A program made the position numbers and the translations under genes. This document shows, one piece after another, positions 45,540 to 54,861 of a stretch of DNA of 64,000 nucleotides. The notes under the pieces were generated by a model. The model was not told where the DNA came from and did no database searches. It saw only the letters and a program-made list of their open reading frames with translations. Position 1 is the stretch's first letter. Each line of letters begins with the position of its first letter. Origin of the DNA: Candidatus Fervidifonticultor secundus. GTDB taxonomy: Bacteria; Sysuimicrobiota; Sysuimicrobiia; Sysuimicrobiales; Humicultoraceae. The stretch spans positions 13,490 to 77,489 of the forward strand of contig JAVKIP010000015.1 in NCBI GenBank assembly GCA_031459385.1, in the 5' to 3' direction.

Positions 45540-45669
45540 CTCCCCTTCCATACCATCGAGGCAATGTTCTCCCCAGAAGAAAACGTAGAACCGGTCCTCG
45601 CGCTATTTCCAGAATTGGCTGGCGGGCTTTACCGTCCTCTCACCCACCCTGGGGCCCGGAGCGACAGCC

Positions 45670-45866
45670 GTGGCGGCGCGTGTCCTCATCGTGGAAGACG
45701 GCGCCAGGATGGCCGACGCAACAGGCTCGTGCAACCCACCCGCCGGTGCGCGGCAGCCTCCTCCTGGAAGCTGCTGGCGATCAACCTGCTGGTCGTCGGA
45801 TGGCAGTGGTGGTGATCGCCGTCGCCGGCAACCGAGCTCCGCACGCCGCTGGCCAACCTGCGGGAC
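45670..45866 (+). pseudogene. Collapsed remnant of a two-component system (receiver N-terminus, kinase TM, HisKA H-box)
   Basis: VAARVLIVEDG..MAD from 45670. VRGSLL/WKLLAINLLVV/MAVVVIAVAG from 45746 (two frameshifts). ELRTPLANLR at 45834-45863. Confidence 0.65.
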
Positions 45867-45933
45867 CCAGGGACCTGCGGGCGCTGGTACCTGCACGATA
45901 TCAGTGGGATGCCCCTGGTGGTGATGGCAAACC

Positions 45934-47805
45934 TCAGGCGGAGTGCCCGGGCGACGGTGCCGGCAGCTGGCGGGGCCGGCGGAGCAGGCGGGCGGCGCTG
46001 ATCGCCCCGCAGACCGCGATCCCCCCTGCCGAGGCGGCGGCCGACGGGTGGAAGAGCAGGGCTGCGCCGGCGGCAAGCCCCAGCCGCGTCCACGGCTGCA
46101 GGGGGCCGCTCAGGAACCCCGTCACCGCCGACGAGAGGAACACCACGCCGATCGCCGCAGTCCCCACGTGCAGCCCGATGCTCACCGGGCTGCCCTGCAG
46201 CAGCAGCGCGGGCAGGAAGACGAACCCGAACGGCACCAGGTAGCCCGAGAGGGTCAGGCGCATCCCCTTGAGCCCGGTCTCCATCCAGTTGGAGCCCGCG
46301 ATCGCCGACGCCGTGAACAGCGCCATGCCCTCGGGCGGCGTGATCGTTGCCAGCACCGAGTAGTAGAAGATGAACAGGTGGGCGGCGAGCCGGGGGACGC
46401 CCACGGTCTCCAGCGCCGGCGCGATGGTGGCAGCGGCGATGAGATACGCGGCGGTCGTCGGCAGCGCCAGGCCCAGCACGAGCGTCGCCACCACCACCAG
46501 TGCCAGCAGTACCAGCAGGTTGCCACCGGCGGCCTGCACGGCCAGCGTCGAGAACTTCACCCCGATGCCTGTGAAGACGATCATCGAGTAGACCAGGGCA
46601 GAGCACGCGGTGCCCATCGCGGCCTCCAGCGTGCGGAGTCCTCCGTCGGCCAGCACCGCGGGCACGGCCGCCGCCCGCGCGCGGGTGGCGGGGTGGAGCG
46701 CGGCGGTGACCACGGTGGCCACGATGACCAGGGCCGCCGCGCGGGGCGGGTTGACCCCGCCGACCACGAGCCAGACGAGGAGCAGCAGCGGCACGAGCAG
46801 GTGGCCCCGGCTGGCCAGGGCGCGCCGGATGCTGGGGAAGCCCGCGTCGATCTCGGCCCGTGTCAGCCCCCGCAGGCCCAGGGCGCCGGCCGTGAAGTAC
46901 ACCGACGCGCCGACGCCCAGGTAGTACAGGAGGGCCGGGAGCAGCGCGGCCTGGACGATCTGGGCGTAGGGCACCCGCAGGAGCTCGGCCATGATGAAGG
47001 CCGCGGCGCCCATCACCGGTGGCATGAGCTGCCCGCCCGCCGACGACGCCAGCTCGACGGCCGCCGCCGTGGCCGGGGGGAAGCCATAGCGCTTCATCAG
47101 CGGGATCGTAACAGCGCCGTCGATGGCGACGTTGGCCGGCGCGGAGCCCGAGACCATGCCGAACGCCAGGCTGCCCATGACCGACACCTGCGCCGGGCCG
47201 CCGCGCACGCGGCCGGCGAGGCGCATGGCCAGGGCGGTGAGCAGGTCGGCCACCCCGGCGCGCATCATGGCCTCGCCCAGCACGACGAAGACCAGGATGT
47301 ACGTGGCCGCCACGCCGACGGGCAGGCTCCAGAGGCCGTCGGGGGTCAGGTAGATGTAGCCCAGGACATCCGGCAGCGCGAAACCGGCGTGTCCCCAGTT
47401 GCCGGGAATGTACCGGCCGCCCAGGGCATAGGCGATCATAGCCAGGGCCAGCGCCGGCAGCGCCCAGCCCAGCAGGCGGCGCGTCGCCTCCAGCGTCAGC
47501 AGGAGCGCCGCGGCGGCCAGGACCAGCTGCGGGCCGGTGGCGATGCCCGCCTGATAGGCCACGGTGTCGCGGTGCAGGATGACGTAGCCGGTGCTGGCGA
47601 CGGCCGCGACGGCGAGGGTGGCCTCGCGCGCCCGCAGGCGCCCGCCGCGCGCCATGGGGTCGAGGAACACCAGCAGCAGGGCGAACAGCAGGAACAGCGG
47701 ACGCTGCACGAAGAGATCCATGCCGCCGCGCCAGGCGGCGGTCACGAAGACCACCGCGAAGAGCAGCGCCGTACCCCGGTGCAGGCGAACGAGCGCGGCG
47801 GCCAC
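45934..47805 (-). CDS. TRAP transporter fused permease (4TM/12TM, TAXI type)
   Basis: GGPA..SV..S..FG.VSGS..ANV, IPLM, SAGGQLMPPVMGAAAFIMAE, LPTTAAY, AH.FIFY, ITPP. Confidence 0.93.
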   Translation of the reverse strand: MAAALVRLHRGTALLFAVVFVTAAWRGGMDLFVQRPLFLLFALLLVFLDPMARGGRLRAREATLAVAAVASTGYVILHRDTVAYQAGIATGPQLVLAAAALLLTLEATRRLLGWALPALALAMIAYALGGRYIPGNWGHAGFALPDVLGYIYLTPDGLWSLPVGVAATYILVFVVLGEAMMRAGVADLLTALAMRLAGRVRGGPAQVSVMGSLAFGMVSGSAPANVAIDGAVTIPLMKRYGFPPATAAAVELASSAGGQLMPPVMGAAAFIMAELLRVPYAQIVQAALLPALLYYLGVGASVYFTAGALGLRGLTRAEIDAGFPSIRRALASRGHLLVPLLLLVWLVVGGVNPPRAAALVIVATVVTAALHPATRARAAAVPAVLADGGLRTLEAAMGTACSALVYSMIVFTGIGVKFSTLAVQAAGGNLLVLLALVVVATLVLGLALPTTAAYLIAAATIAPALETVGVPRLAAHLFIFYYSVLATITPPEGMALFTASAIAGSNWMETGLKGMRLTLSGYLVPFGFVFLPALLLQGSPVSIGLHVGTAAIGVVFLSSAVTGFLSGPLQPWTRLGLAAGAALLFHPSAAASAGGIAVCGAISAARLLRRPRQLPAPSPGHSA

Positions 47806-47820
47806 CGGCGCCGGGCGATC

Positions 47821-48801
47821 CTATCTCGGCAGGCTGGCCGGCGGGTGCATCTCCCCCGGGATGCGTACGCGGGCGTCGCGGTAGTACCGCAGGGCGCCGG
47901 GGTGCAGCGGGTAGCGCGTCTGCACCACGGCCGCCGGCGTCAGGCCTTCCGCTTCCTTGTAGACTTTGACCACGGTCGCGTAGTTCTCGTAGACCGCCTT
48001 CGTGATGCGGTACACCAGCTCGGCGTCGAGGTCGTGGCGCGCGGCCATCACCGCCCAGGGTGCCAGCACCCGGGCCTTGCCGGCGCCGCGATACGAGGCA
48101 CCGAAGTCGGCCTCGGCCACCGGGATCTGCGGTAGGCGCTCGGCGACCAGCGCGGCTTCTTCGTCGGTGAACGACAGGACGCGCAGCGGCTCGCGCAGGC
48201 CCACCTCGCCGTAGGCCGGGGCGATGCCGCCGGCGGTTACGACGTCGATCTCCCCGCTCTGCAGACCGGCGGCGGCGTCGCCGTGCGGGAAGTGATAGAC
48301 GCGGCTGGGGCGGATGCGCAGCACCTCCAGCAGCCGCGTGCCCACCGCCTCGGCCAGCGAGCCGCGCGTCAGCACGTTGATCCGCTTCCCGTGCAGGTCA
48401 GCGAACCCGCGGATCCCCGAGCTCTGTTTGACGATGAAGTGCACGTAGAGCGGCGGGACCGTCGGGTACATCTGCAGCGGAACCTTGCGGGCGTCCCGGT
48501 AGTCGCCCCGGCGTGCCAGGACGTCGAACCCGTCCACCGTGACCACCACGGCTACATCGCCCAGTCCGGCCGCCAGCCGCCGGGCATTGGCGCCGTAGCC
48601 CGGCGTCCCCTGCACCGTGGGGATCGCGACCCCCTGGAGATGGTCGAGGATGACCTGGTTCAGCCCGACCGCCTGCAGGTAGCCGGCCCCGCCGACCACG
48701 CCGCCCAGAATCGTGAGCCGGACCTGCGCGCCCGCCGGTGCCCCGGCGGACGCCACCGCCAGCAGCCCGATCGCGATCACCACTGCGCTGCGCCTGTCCA
48801 T
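47821..48801 (-). CDS. TAXI family TRAP solute-binding protein
   Basis: Signal peptide, T.G...N, DL.GKR, VY.ITKA.YEN, PLHPGA.RYY. Confidence 0.92.
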   Translation of the reverse strand: MDRRSAVVIAIGLLAVASAGAPAGAQVRLTILGGVVGGAGYLQAVGLNQVILDHLQGVAIPTVQGTPGYGANARRLAAGLGDVAVVVTVDGFDVLARRGDYRDARKVPLQMYPTVPPLYVHFIVKQSSGIRGFADLHGKRINVLTRGSLAEAVGTRLLEVLRIRPSRVYHFPHGDAAAGLQSGEIDVVTAGGIAPAYGEVGLREPLRVLSFTDEEAALVAERLPQIPVAEADFGASYRGAGKARVLAPWAVMAARHDLDAELVYRITKAVYENYATVVKVYKEAEGLTPAAVVQTRYPLHPGALRYYRDARVRIPGEMHPPASLPR

Positions 48802-48807
48802 CCTCCA

Positions 48808-49842
48808 TCACTCCCTGTGGCCCGGAGCCGGGCCTGTGGATTCGCGAACGTGCAACTGCGTCGGCAGCACGACCGATGCCGCCGGCTGCCCGGCCAGCAG
48901 CGCCAGCAGCAGCGCTGCCGCCCGGCGGCCCAGGTCGTACATGGGGACGCTGATGGCGGTGAGCGACGGGATGACGAACGCCGCGAGCGGCGTATCGTCG
49001 AAGGCCACGACCGAGACGCGCGCGGGGACCGCGACGCCCAGATCGTGCAGGGCGCGGAGCGCACCGATCGCCACCTGGTCGCTGAAGGCGATCAGGGCCG
49101 ATGGTGGCGAGGCCCGCTGCAGCAGGCGCCGGGCCGCTGCATAGCCGCCCGGGCCGGTGAAGTCCGTGGCCACCACGTCCTGGTCTGCGAGCGCCACGCC
49201 GGCGGCGCGCAGCGCCCGCGCCACGCCCGTCGTGCGGTCGCGGACCGTGCGCGAGGCCGCCGGCCCGGCCAGGCACGCGATGCGGCGGTGTCCCAGGGCC
49301 AGCAGGTGCCGGGCCGCGGTCTCCCCGGCCGCGACGTTGTCCACGCGGACCGTGGGCAGCGGCACCTGGTGCCGGCCGATGGCGACCATGGGGACGAGGC
49401 CGCGCACCAGGCGCAGGTCCGCTGCGGTGACGGTGCCGCCGGCAACGATCAGCCCGTCCACGCGCCGCTCCAGCAACGTCCGCAGGTAGACCTGCTGCTT
49501 GTCCTGCCGCCGGTCGGTGTTGCACAGGATCACGGCGCGGCCGGCCTGGCTGGCGGCGTCCTCGATGCCGCGCAGGACGACGGCGTAGTAGGGGTTGGAG
49601 ACGTCGGGCACCAGCAGCCCGATGGCAGCGGTCTCCCGGGTCAGGAGGCTGCGCGCCAGCCGGTTGGGGACGTAGCCCAGCGTGCGCGCGGTGCGCTCGA
49701 CGCGCGCCCGGGCCCGCGGGCTCACAGGGTGGCCGCTGTTATTGAGGACCCGCGACACGGTCGCAGGCGAGACGCCCGCGCGCCGGGCCACGTCGTGGAT
49801 CGTCACGGTCGCGCTATGGTGTGACGACGACCTTGATCGCAT
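48808..49842 (-). CDS. LacI family transcriptional regulator
   Basis: TIHDVARRAGVSPATVSRVLN, LGYVPN..ARSL, LGHRRI, D.VAIG, FDD, PSLT. The start may instead be the GTG at 49806. Confidence 0.95.
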   Translation of the reverse strand: MRSRSSSHHSATVTIHDVARRAGVSPATVSRVLNNSGHPVSPRARARVERTARTLGYVPNRLARSLLTRETAAIGLLVPDVSNPYYAVVLRGIEDAASQAGRAVILCNTDRRQDKQQVYLRTLLERRVDGLIVAGGTVTAADLRLVRGLVPMVAIGRHQVPLPTVRVDNVAAGETAARHLLALGHRRIACLAGPAASRTVRDRTTGVARALRAAGVALADQDVVATDFTGPGGYAAARRLLQRASPPSALIAFSDQVAIGALRALHDLGVAVPARVSVVAFDDTPLAAFVIPSLTAISVPMYDLGRRAAALLLALLAGQPAASVVLPTQLHVRESTGPAPGHRE

Positions 49843-50914
49843 CGTCGATGCGCTTCTCGAAGGTCTCCAGGGCCCGGGGCAGGTCGTCCAGCGTGAACCG
49901 GTGGGTGATGAACGGCTTCCCTGAGATCTTCCCCTGGGCCATCAGGGCCAGGCCGCGCCTGACTGCGCCTCGCCCCTCGCCGCGGATGCCGTAGAGGTAG
50001 ATGTTGTTGCGCACCAGGTAGGCCGCATCGAAGCGCACCGGCTCGCGGCTGAACGCGGCCAGGCAGATGCGGCCCCCACGCTTGGTGGCGTAGAGGGCGT
50101 CGTTGACCGCGCCGGGCGCGCCCGAGCACTCCATGACCAGGTCCACGCCGAGTCCGCCGGTGAGGTCTTTCACGGCGGCGGCCAGGTCGCGCGCGCCAAC
50201 GTTGATGACGTGGTCGGCGCCCAGGCGCCGGCCGAGGTCCAGGCGGCTGGCGCGGGTGCCGGCCAGTACCACCTCGGCTCCCAGCGCCTTGCCGCACGCC
50301 ACGGCCATGAGCCCGATCGGGCCGGGGCCGATGACCAGCAGCGACTCGCCGGCGATCAGGCCGCCCAGGACGTCGAGCCCGTAGAGCGCCGTGCCGGCGG
50401 TGACGATGAGCGTCGCCTCGTCGAACGGGATGTGGTCGGGCAGGCGGAAGACGGTGCTGACGTGGTTGACCGCGTACTCGGCGAAGCCGCCGTCGGTGGT
50501 GAAGCCGTTGGCCCGGTGTCCCCGCGTGCGATAGGAGTAGTTCAAGCACGAGGTGTACATGCCGTGCCGGCAGCGCTCGCACCGGCCGCAGCCCGCGTGG
50601 ATCTCAACCACCACGCGGTCGCCCACGCGGAACTCGTCGACGGTGGGCCCGAGCGCGGCCACCGTGCCCACGTACTCGTGCCCCAGGACGTGCTCGCCGT
50701 TGAAGGGCAGGGCGCCCTCGATCATGGCCGGGAGGCCGTTGCGCAGGATCTCGATGTCGGTGCCGCAGATGGCTGTGGCTGCGATCTTCACCAGCACCTC
50801 GGCCACCCCGGGCTGGGGCACAGGTTTCCTGACCGGCCGCAGATCGCCGGGGCCGAACAGCGCCCAGGCCCGCATCGTCTCCGGCGTGCGGGACGGTGCC
50901 TCATGCGCGAGCAT
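49814..50914 (-). CDS. Zinc-binding alcohol dehydrogenase (MDR family)
   Basis: ICGTD, GHE, CGRCERC...C, DGGFAEY, GPGPIG, THRF.L. Confidence 0.94.
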   Translation of the reverse strand: MLAHEAPSRTPETMRAWALFGPGDLRPVRKPVPQPGVAEVLVKIAATAICGTDIEILRNGLPAMIEGALPFNGEHVLGHEYVGTVAALGPTVDEFRVGDRVVVEIHAGCGRCERCRHGMYTSCLNYSYRTRGHRANGFTTDGGFAEYAVNHVSTVFRLPDHIPFDEATLIVTAGTALYGLDVLGGLIAGESLLVIGPGPIGLMAVACGKALGAEVVLAGTRASRLDLGRRLGADHVINVGARDLAAAVKDLTGGLGVDLVMECSGAPGAVNDALYATKRGGRICLAAFSREPVRFDAAYLVRNNIYLYGIRGEGRGAVRRGLALMAQGKISGKPFITHRFTLDDLPRALETFEKRIDDAIKVVVTP

Positions 50915-50916
50915 GG

Positions 50917-52140
50917 TTACCTCGCCTCCTCGGGAAGCGGTGCGTGGGGCCCGGCCTCCGTGCGCGGGGGCAGGCCCGCCAGCCTCAGAAAGCCATCGGC
51001 CACGGCGTCAGCGAACGCGGGGGCGTTGATGGCCGCGTCCACGTCGACGCAGGGCACCCCGGGCCCCAGGTGGCTGCGCAGCGTGGTCCAGAACGCCTCG
51101 TTGGCCTCGGCGTCCCACAGAGGCCCGCCGAGGGCGCCCACCTCGGACCAGCCCTGTCGCGGATAGTAGAAGGCTGTCGGTCCCCGGGCCGCATTCAGCC
51201 GCTCCGCCAGGATCACGGCCACGCGGCGCAGGTCGCCGGCTGTCGCACGCACGTTGGTGTTGAACGGATTGTGCGCGCACGCTGGCCGGCCGCGGAATGC
51301 CGGTGGGACGCTCTCGGGCGGACCGAACACGAAGTAGTCGAGCCCCCCGGGCGCGACCGCCAGCGGCAGGCCCGCCTCGGCTGCCGCGCGCAGCCGGCCG
51401 GGCGCTTCCGGCGCGTAGATGTCCTCGGGGAAGACCTCGCCCAGCAACTCGTGCGTGGCCAGGTCGACGACCCCGGCGAAGTCGCCCCTGGCCACCAGGG
51501 CCTCCATGGCCGACCCGCCGGCGCCCGAGGCGTGGAACGGGATCACGTCGTATCCCGCCCCTCGCAGCCGGGCCATGATGCGCGCCGCCGCCGTCTGGGT
51601 GTTGCCCAGCGTGGTCAGCGCCACCGCCGGCGCCGCAGACGGCAGCGGCTCGACTTCGTCGGACGCCGGTACCCCCAGCCGTGCAGCCAGCGCTGCCGCG
51701 GCCCGCACCAGCGGGGGCCAGGTGACGCGGTTGGGTCCGCCCAGCAGGTCGCCGACGGAGAAGACCACCTCGACCTCCGTGCCGGCCAGGTGCGGGGTCA
51801 GGTTGCGCGCAGCCACCGTGGAGACGAGCACCTTGGGCAGGCGCGCGGGCAGCCCCCGCATGGCGATCGCAGCAATGGCCGCGCCCTGGTTGCCGCCCAG
51901 GCCGAGCACCCCGTGCAGGCCGCCGGCAGTTGCCCACGCCTCGAGCACCTGCGCGGCCCGCTGGCCGGCCTCGGCGATCAGCCGGTCACGCGTCACGGTC
52001 CAGTGGCCAGGTTGCGGGAGGGCGGTGTCCACGAGCCGTGCCTCGCAACCGTGTCGGTGGAACCAGCGGGCCAGGAAGCGCGCCTCGGCCTCCTTTGTGT
52101 CCAGCGTGGCCAGGATCGCCACCACCGGCACTGCGACCAT
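50917..52140 (-). CDS. Tm-1-like ATP-binding domain protein (UPF0261)
   Basis: LATLDTK..E, G.GG..G, LP..LPKV.VST, FHA.G.GG.AME, V.DL.T.E, PG.LD, HNP, IN.P.FA. Confidence 0.88.
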   Translation of the reverse strand: MVAVPVVAILATLDTKEAEARFLARWFHRHGCEARLVDTALPQPGHWTVTRDRLIAEAGQRAAQVLEAWATAGGLHGVLGLGGNQGAAIAAIAMRGLPARLPKVLVSTVAARNLTPHLAGTEVEVVFSVGDLLGGPNRVTWPPLVRAAAALAARLGVPASDEVEPLPSAAPAVALTTLGNTQTAAARIMARLRGAGYDVIPFHASGAGGSAMEALVARGDFAGVVDLATHELLGEVFPEDIYAPEAPGRLRAAAEAGLPLAVAPGGLDYFVFGPPESVPPAFRGRPACAHNPFNTNVRATAGDLRRVAVILAERLNAARGPTAFYYPRQGWSEVGALGGPLWDAEANEAFWTTLRSHLGPGVPCVDVDAAINAPAFADAVADGFLRLAGLPPRTEAGPHAPLPEEAR

Positions 52141-52143
52141 GGG

Positions 52144-52761
52144 CTAGTCGGACCGGACCCGCCAGAGCTTGGCGAGGATGGCCGTGCGCGCGGCGTCTTC
52201 CAGGTACTGGCTCAGGTAGAACGCCGCGGGCAGGTCGGGGCCGGCGGTGATGCTGCCGTGCTCGGCCATGATCGCCGCCAGGATCTTGGGGTTCTGGAAG
52301 GCGCGCGCGACGTGACCTGCCAGCTCCGCTGAGCCCGACGCCGCCACCGGGATCAGGGCCATGCGGTCGCCCAGGTAGACGCGCGAAGCGCCGGTCAGCA
52401 GCGGCGGCAGTTCGTGGACCGCGGCGAAGGCCAGCACGTGCGGGGGGTGCAGGTGGATCACGGCGCCCACGTCGGGACGCGCGCGGTAGATCGCCAGGTG
52501 GAAGGGGACCTCCCTGGACGGCCGCTGGCCGGCGGTCGGGGGCTCCCGCAGCTGGCCGTCGAGGTCCACGAGCAGGGTGTCCGTGGCCGTCATGTCGCCC
52601 AGCGACTGTCCGCTGGCCTTGATCAGCACCCGCTCGGTGCCCGGGATGCGCGCGCTCAGGTTGCCGCTCGTCCCCACCGTGAGCCCGAGGTGGTACGCGC
52701 GGCGGGCCAGCGCGACCAGCTGGTCGGCCAGCGCCGTCACCACGGCGTCGCGGGCGGCCAT
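52144..52761 (-). CDS. Class II aldolase/adducin family protein
   Basis: GTSGNLSAR, PS.E..FH..IY.ARPD..AV.H.H, HG....G, LE..A. Confidence 0.92.
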   Translation of the reverse strand: MAARDAVVTALADQLVALARRAYHLGLTVGTSGNLSARIPGTERVLIKASGQSLGDMTATDTLLVDLDGQLREPPTAGQRPSREVPFHLAIYRARPDVGAVIHLHPPHVLAFAAVHELPPLLTGASRVYLGDRMALIPVAASGSAELAGHVARAFQNPKILAAIMAEHGSITAGPDLPAAFYLSQYLEDAARTAILAKLWRVRSD

Positions 52762-52767
52762 GGCCGG

Positions 52768-53679
52768 CTACGGGCTGTAGGCCCGCTCGGGGAAGTCGCG
52801 GCGGACGATCTCCACCGGGAACCGCCGCGCCTCGACGATGAAGTCGGCCAGGTGGCGGGCCATGCGGCGGAAGATCTCCTCGCCCTTGGCCGCGCTGGCC
52901 CGGAACGGGTTGCCGATGGTGGCGGTGTCGGAGTACTCGTGGTGTTCCATCGGGACCCAGATGTTCTCGGACTGCTGAAAAGCCACGGTGCCGACCCCGT
53001 CGGTCTTCGAGAACGCCGGACCCATCCACCGCGGGGCGTGGGCGCGGTCGGCGACCGCCACCTGCATGTCCACCAGCGCCGGGTGCACCGCCATCACGCA
53101 CGAGGTCTCCAGTTCGCTGGAGTGCCAGCCCGGCGTCTCCTCCGGGGGGTTCTCCAGGACGCCCCGCAGGACGTGGATCTCGCGTTCGGTGGGGGTCTTG
53201 TAGAACGCCACGAAGGCGCCGGTGCGGTAGCGCAGGTAGCGCAGGAGCTCGTCGATGGGCTTGGTGTTCGAGCCGTGATGGCTGACGAAGACGAGCCGCG
53301 AGAACCCGTGGAAGATCAGGCTCAGGGCCACATCGTGCATGATGCGGCGGTACGTCTCGGCGCGCAGCGTGACGGTCCCCGCGCCCTCCTGCAGCCTGCC
53401 CATGTGGTGGGGTGAGTACCCGAAGGGCACCAGGGGCGTGTACAGGCAGTCGGCCATCTCCGACGCCATGACGACGGCGGTCATGGTGATGTAGCTGTCG
53501 GTACCCAGCGGAATGTGCGCGCCGTGCTTCTCGGTGCTGCCCAGCGGAATCATGACGATGTCCTGACCGGATTCGCCCAGACGGGCGGCCACCTCGGCGT
53601 AGGACAGGGCCATCAGGTTGCGCTTGCGGCCGGATGCGGGGACGTCGTGCAGGTAGAAGCTGTCGTGCGCGGTGCTCAC
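52768..53679 (-). CDS. Creatininase family amidohydrolase
   Basis: PLGSTEKHG.H.PLGTD, G.SPHH, HHGSN, HS.ELETS, G.P..A.A.KGE. GAGGAGG RBS. Confidence 0.92.
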   Translation of the reverse strand: MSTAHDSFYLHDVPASGRKRNLMALSYAEVAARLGESGQDIVMIPLGSTEKHGAHIPLGTDSYITMTAVVMASEMADCLYTPLVPFGYSPHHMGRLQEGAGTVTLRAETYRRIMHDVALSLIFHGFSRLVFVSHHGSNTKPIDELLRYLRYRTGAFVAFYKTPTEREIHVLRGVLENPPEETPGWHSSELETSCVMAVHPALVDMQVAVADRAHAPRWMGPAFSKTDGVGTVAFQQSENIWVPMEHHEYSDTATIGNPFRASAAKGEEIFRRMARHLADFIVEARRFPVEIVRRDFPERAYSP

Positions 53680-53766
53680 GCGGACCTCCTCTGCGCCATG
53701 GTGCACCGGCCGGCTTCGCCGCGGGTGCATGGAAACCCTTTTCCGCGGCGCGCGGCGGCCGTGCCG

Positions 53767-54861
53767 TCACCCGGGGGCAGGGAGCAGCAGGACGTCCTCG
53801 GGCGCCACATGCACGGCCACCGGCGTTCCCTCGGCGATGCCCGGCGCTGCCCTGGGAGTGGCGCTGTGGACGCGCAGCACGGCGCCGGTGGGCAGTTCCA
53901 CCTCGCACGCCGCCAGCCACCCCAGGTACGTCCGCAGACGCAGGGTGCCCACCAGGGCGTTGTCCGTGCCGGCGCCTCCCGGATGGGTGAGGACCAGGAC
54001 CTCCGGGCGCAGACAGACCATCACGCGCGCGCCGACCGCAACGCCGGGATTGCGGGCGGCCGCCGCGCGTAGGCGTCCCAGGCCCTCCAGCTCCACGCTC
54101 AGCGCGTCGCCGGCGGCGTCCCGCACGGCACCCGGCAGGAAGTTGGCGCCGCCCAGGAAGTCCGCGACGAAGAGGTCGGCCGGCCGCTCGTACACCTCCT
54201 GCGGCGTGCCCAGCTGGACCAGGCGGCCCTGGGCCATGACAGCGATGCGGGTGGAGAGCATGAGGGCCTCTTCCTGGTCGTGGGTCACGTAGACGGTCGT
54301 GATGCCGAGCTGGCGCTGCAGGCGCACCAGTTCGGCGCGCATCTGCACCCGCAGCCGCGCGTCGAGGTTCGACAGCGGCTCGTCCAGGAGCAGCAGGGCC
54401 GGCCGTACCACGACGGCCCGCGCCAGGGCCACGCGCTGCTGCTGCCCGCCCGAGAGCTGGGAGGGCAACCGGCCCCCGGCGCCCGTCAGGCCCACCAGGT
54501 CCAGCGCCTCTTCGACGCGCCGGCTGATCTCGCGCCGCGGCGCGCCCCGCTCGACCAGCCCGAAGGCCACGTTCTCGAAGACGGTCATGTGGGGCCACAG
54601 GGCGTAGTTCTGGAACACCATGCCGATGTTGCGCCGCCAGGGCGGCGTGCGCGTCACCGGCGTGCCGTCGAAGAGGATCTCGCCGGCATCGGGTTCCACC
54701 AGCCCGGCGATCATGCGCAGCGTCGTGGTCTTGCCGCACCCGCTGGGCCCGAGCAGCGTGAAGAACTCGCCGCGGTGGACCTGGAGCGAGAGATCCACCA
54801 CCGCCGCGTGGTCGCGAAAGCGCTTGGACAGCCCGCGCAGTTCGACAGCGACCGCGGTCAT
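53767..54861 (-). CDS. ABC transporter ATP-binding protein (FbpC/PotA-like)
   Basis: GPSGCGKTT, VFQNYALWPHM, LSGGQQQRVALARA, LLDEPLSNLD, YVTHDQEEA, C-terminal TOBE-like region. Confidence 0.95.
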   Translation of the reverse strand: MTAVAVELRGLSKRFRDHAAVVDLSLQVHRGEFFTLLGPSGCGKTTTLRMIAGLVEPDAGEILFDGTPVTRTPPWRRNIGMVFQNYALWPHMTVFENVAFGLVERGAPRREISRRVEEALDLVGLTGAGGRLPSQLSGGQQQRVALARAVVVRPALLLLDEPLSNLDARLRVQMRAELVRLQRQLGITTVYVTHDQEEALMLSTRIAVMAQGRLVQLGTPQEVYERPADLFVADFLGGANFLPGAVRDAAGDALSVELEGLGRLRAAAARNPGVAVGARVMVCLRPEVLVLTHPGGAGTDNALVGTLRLRTYLGWLAACEVELPTGAVLRVHSATPRAAPGIAEGTPVAVHVAPEDVLLLPAPG

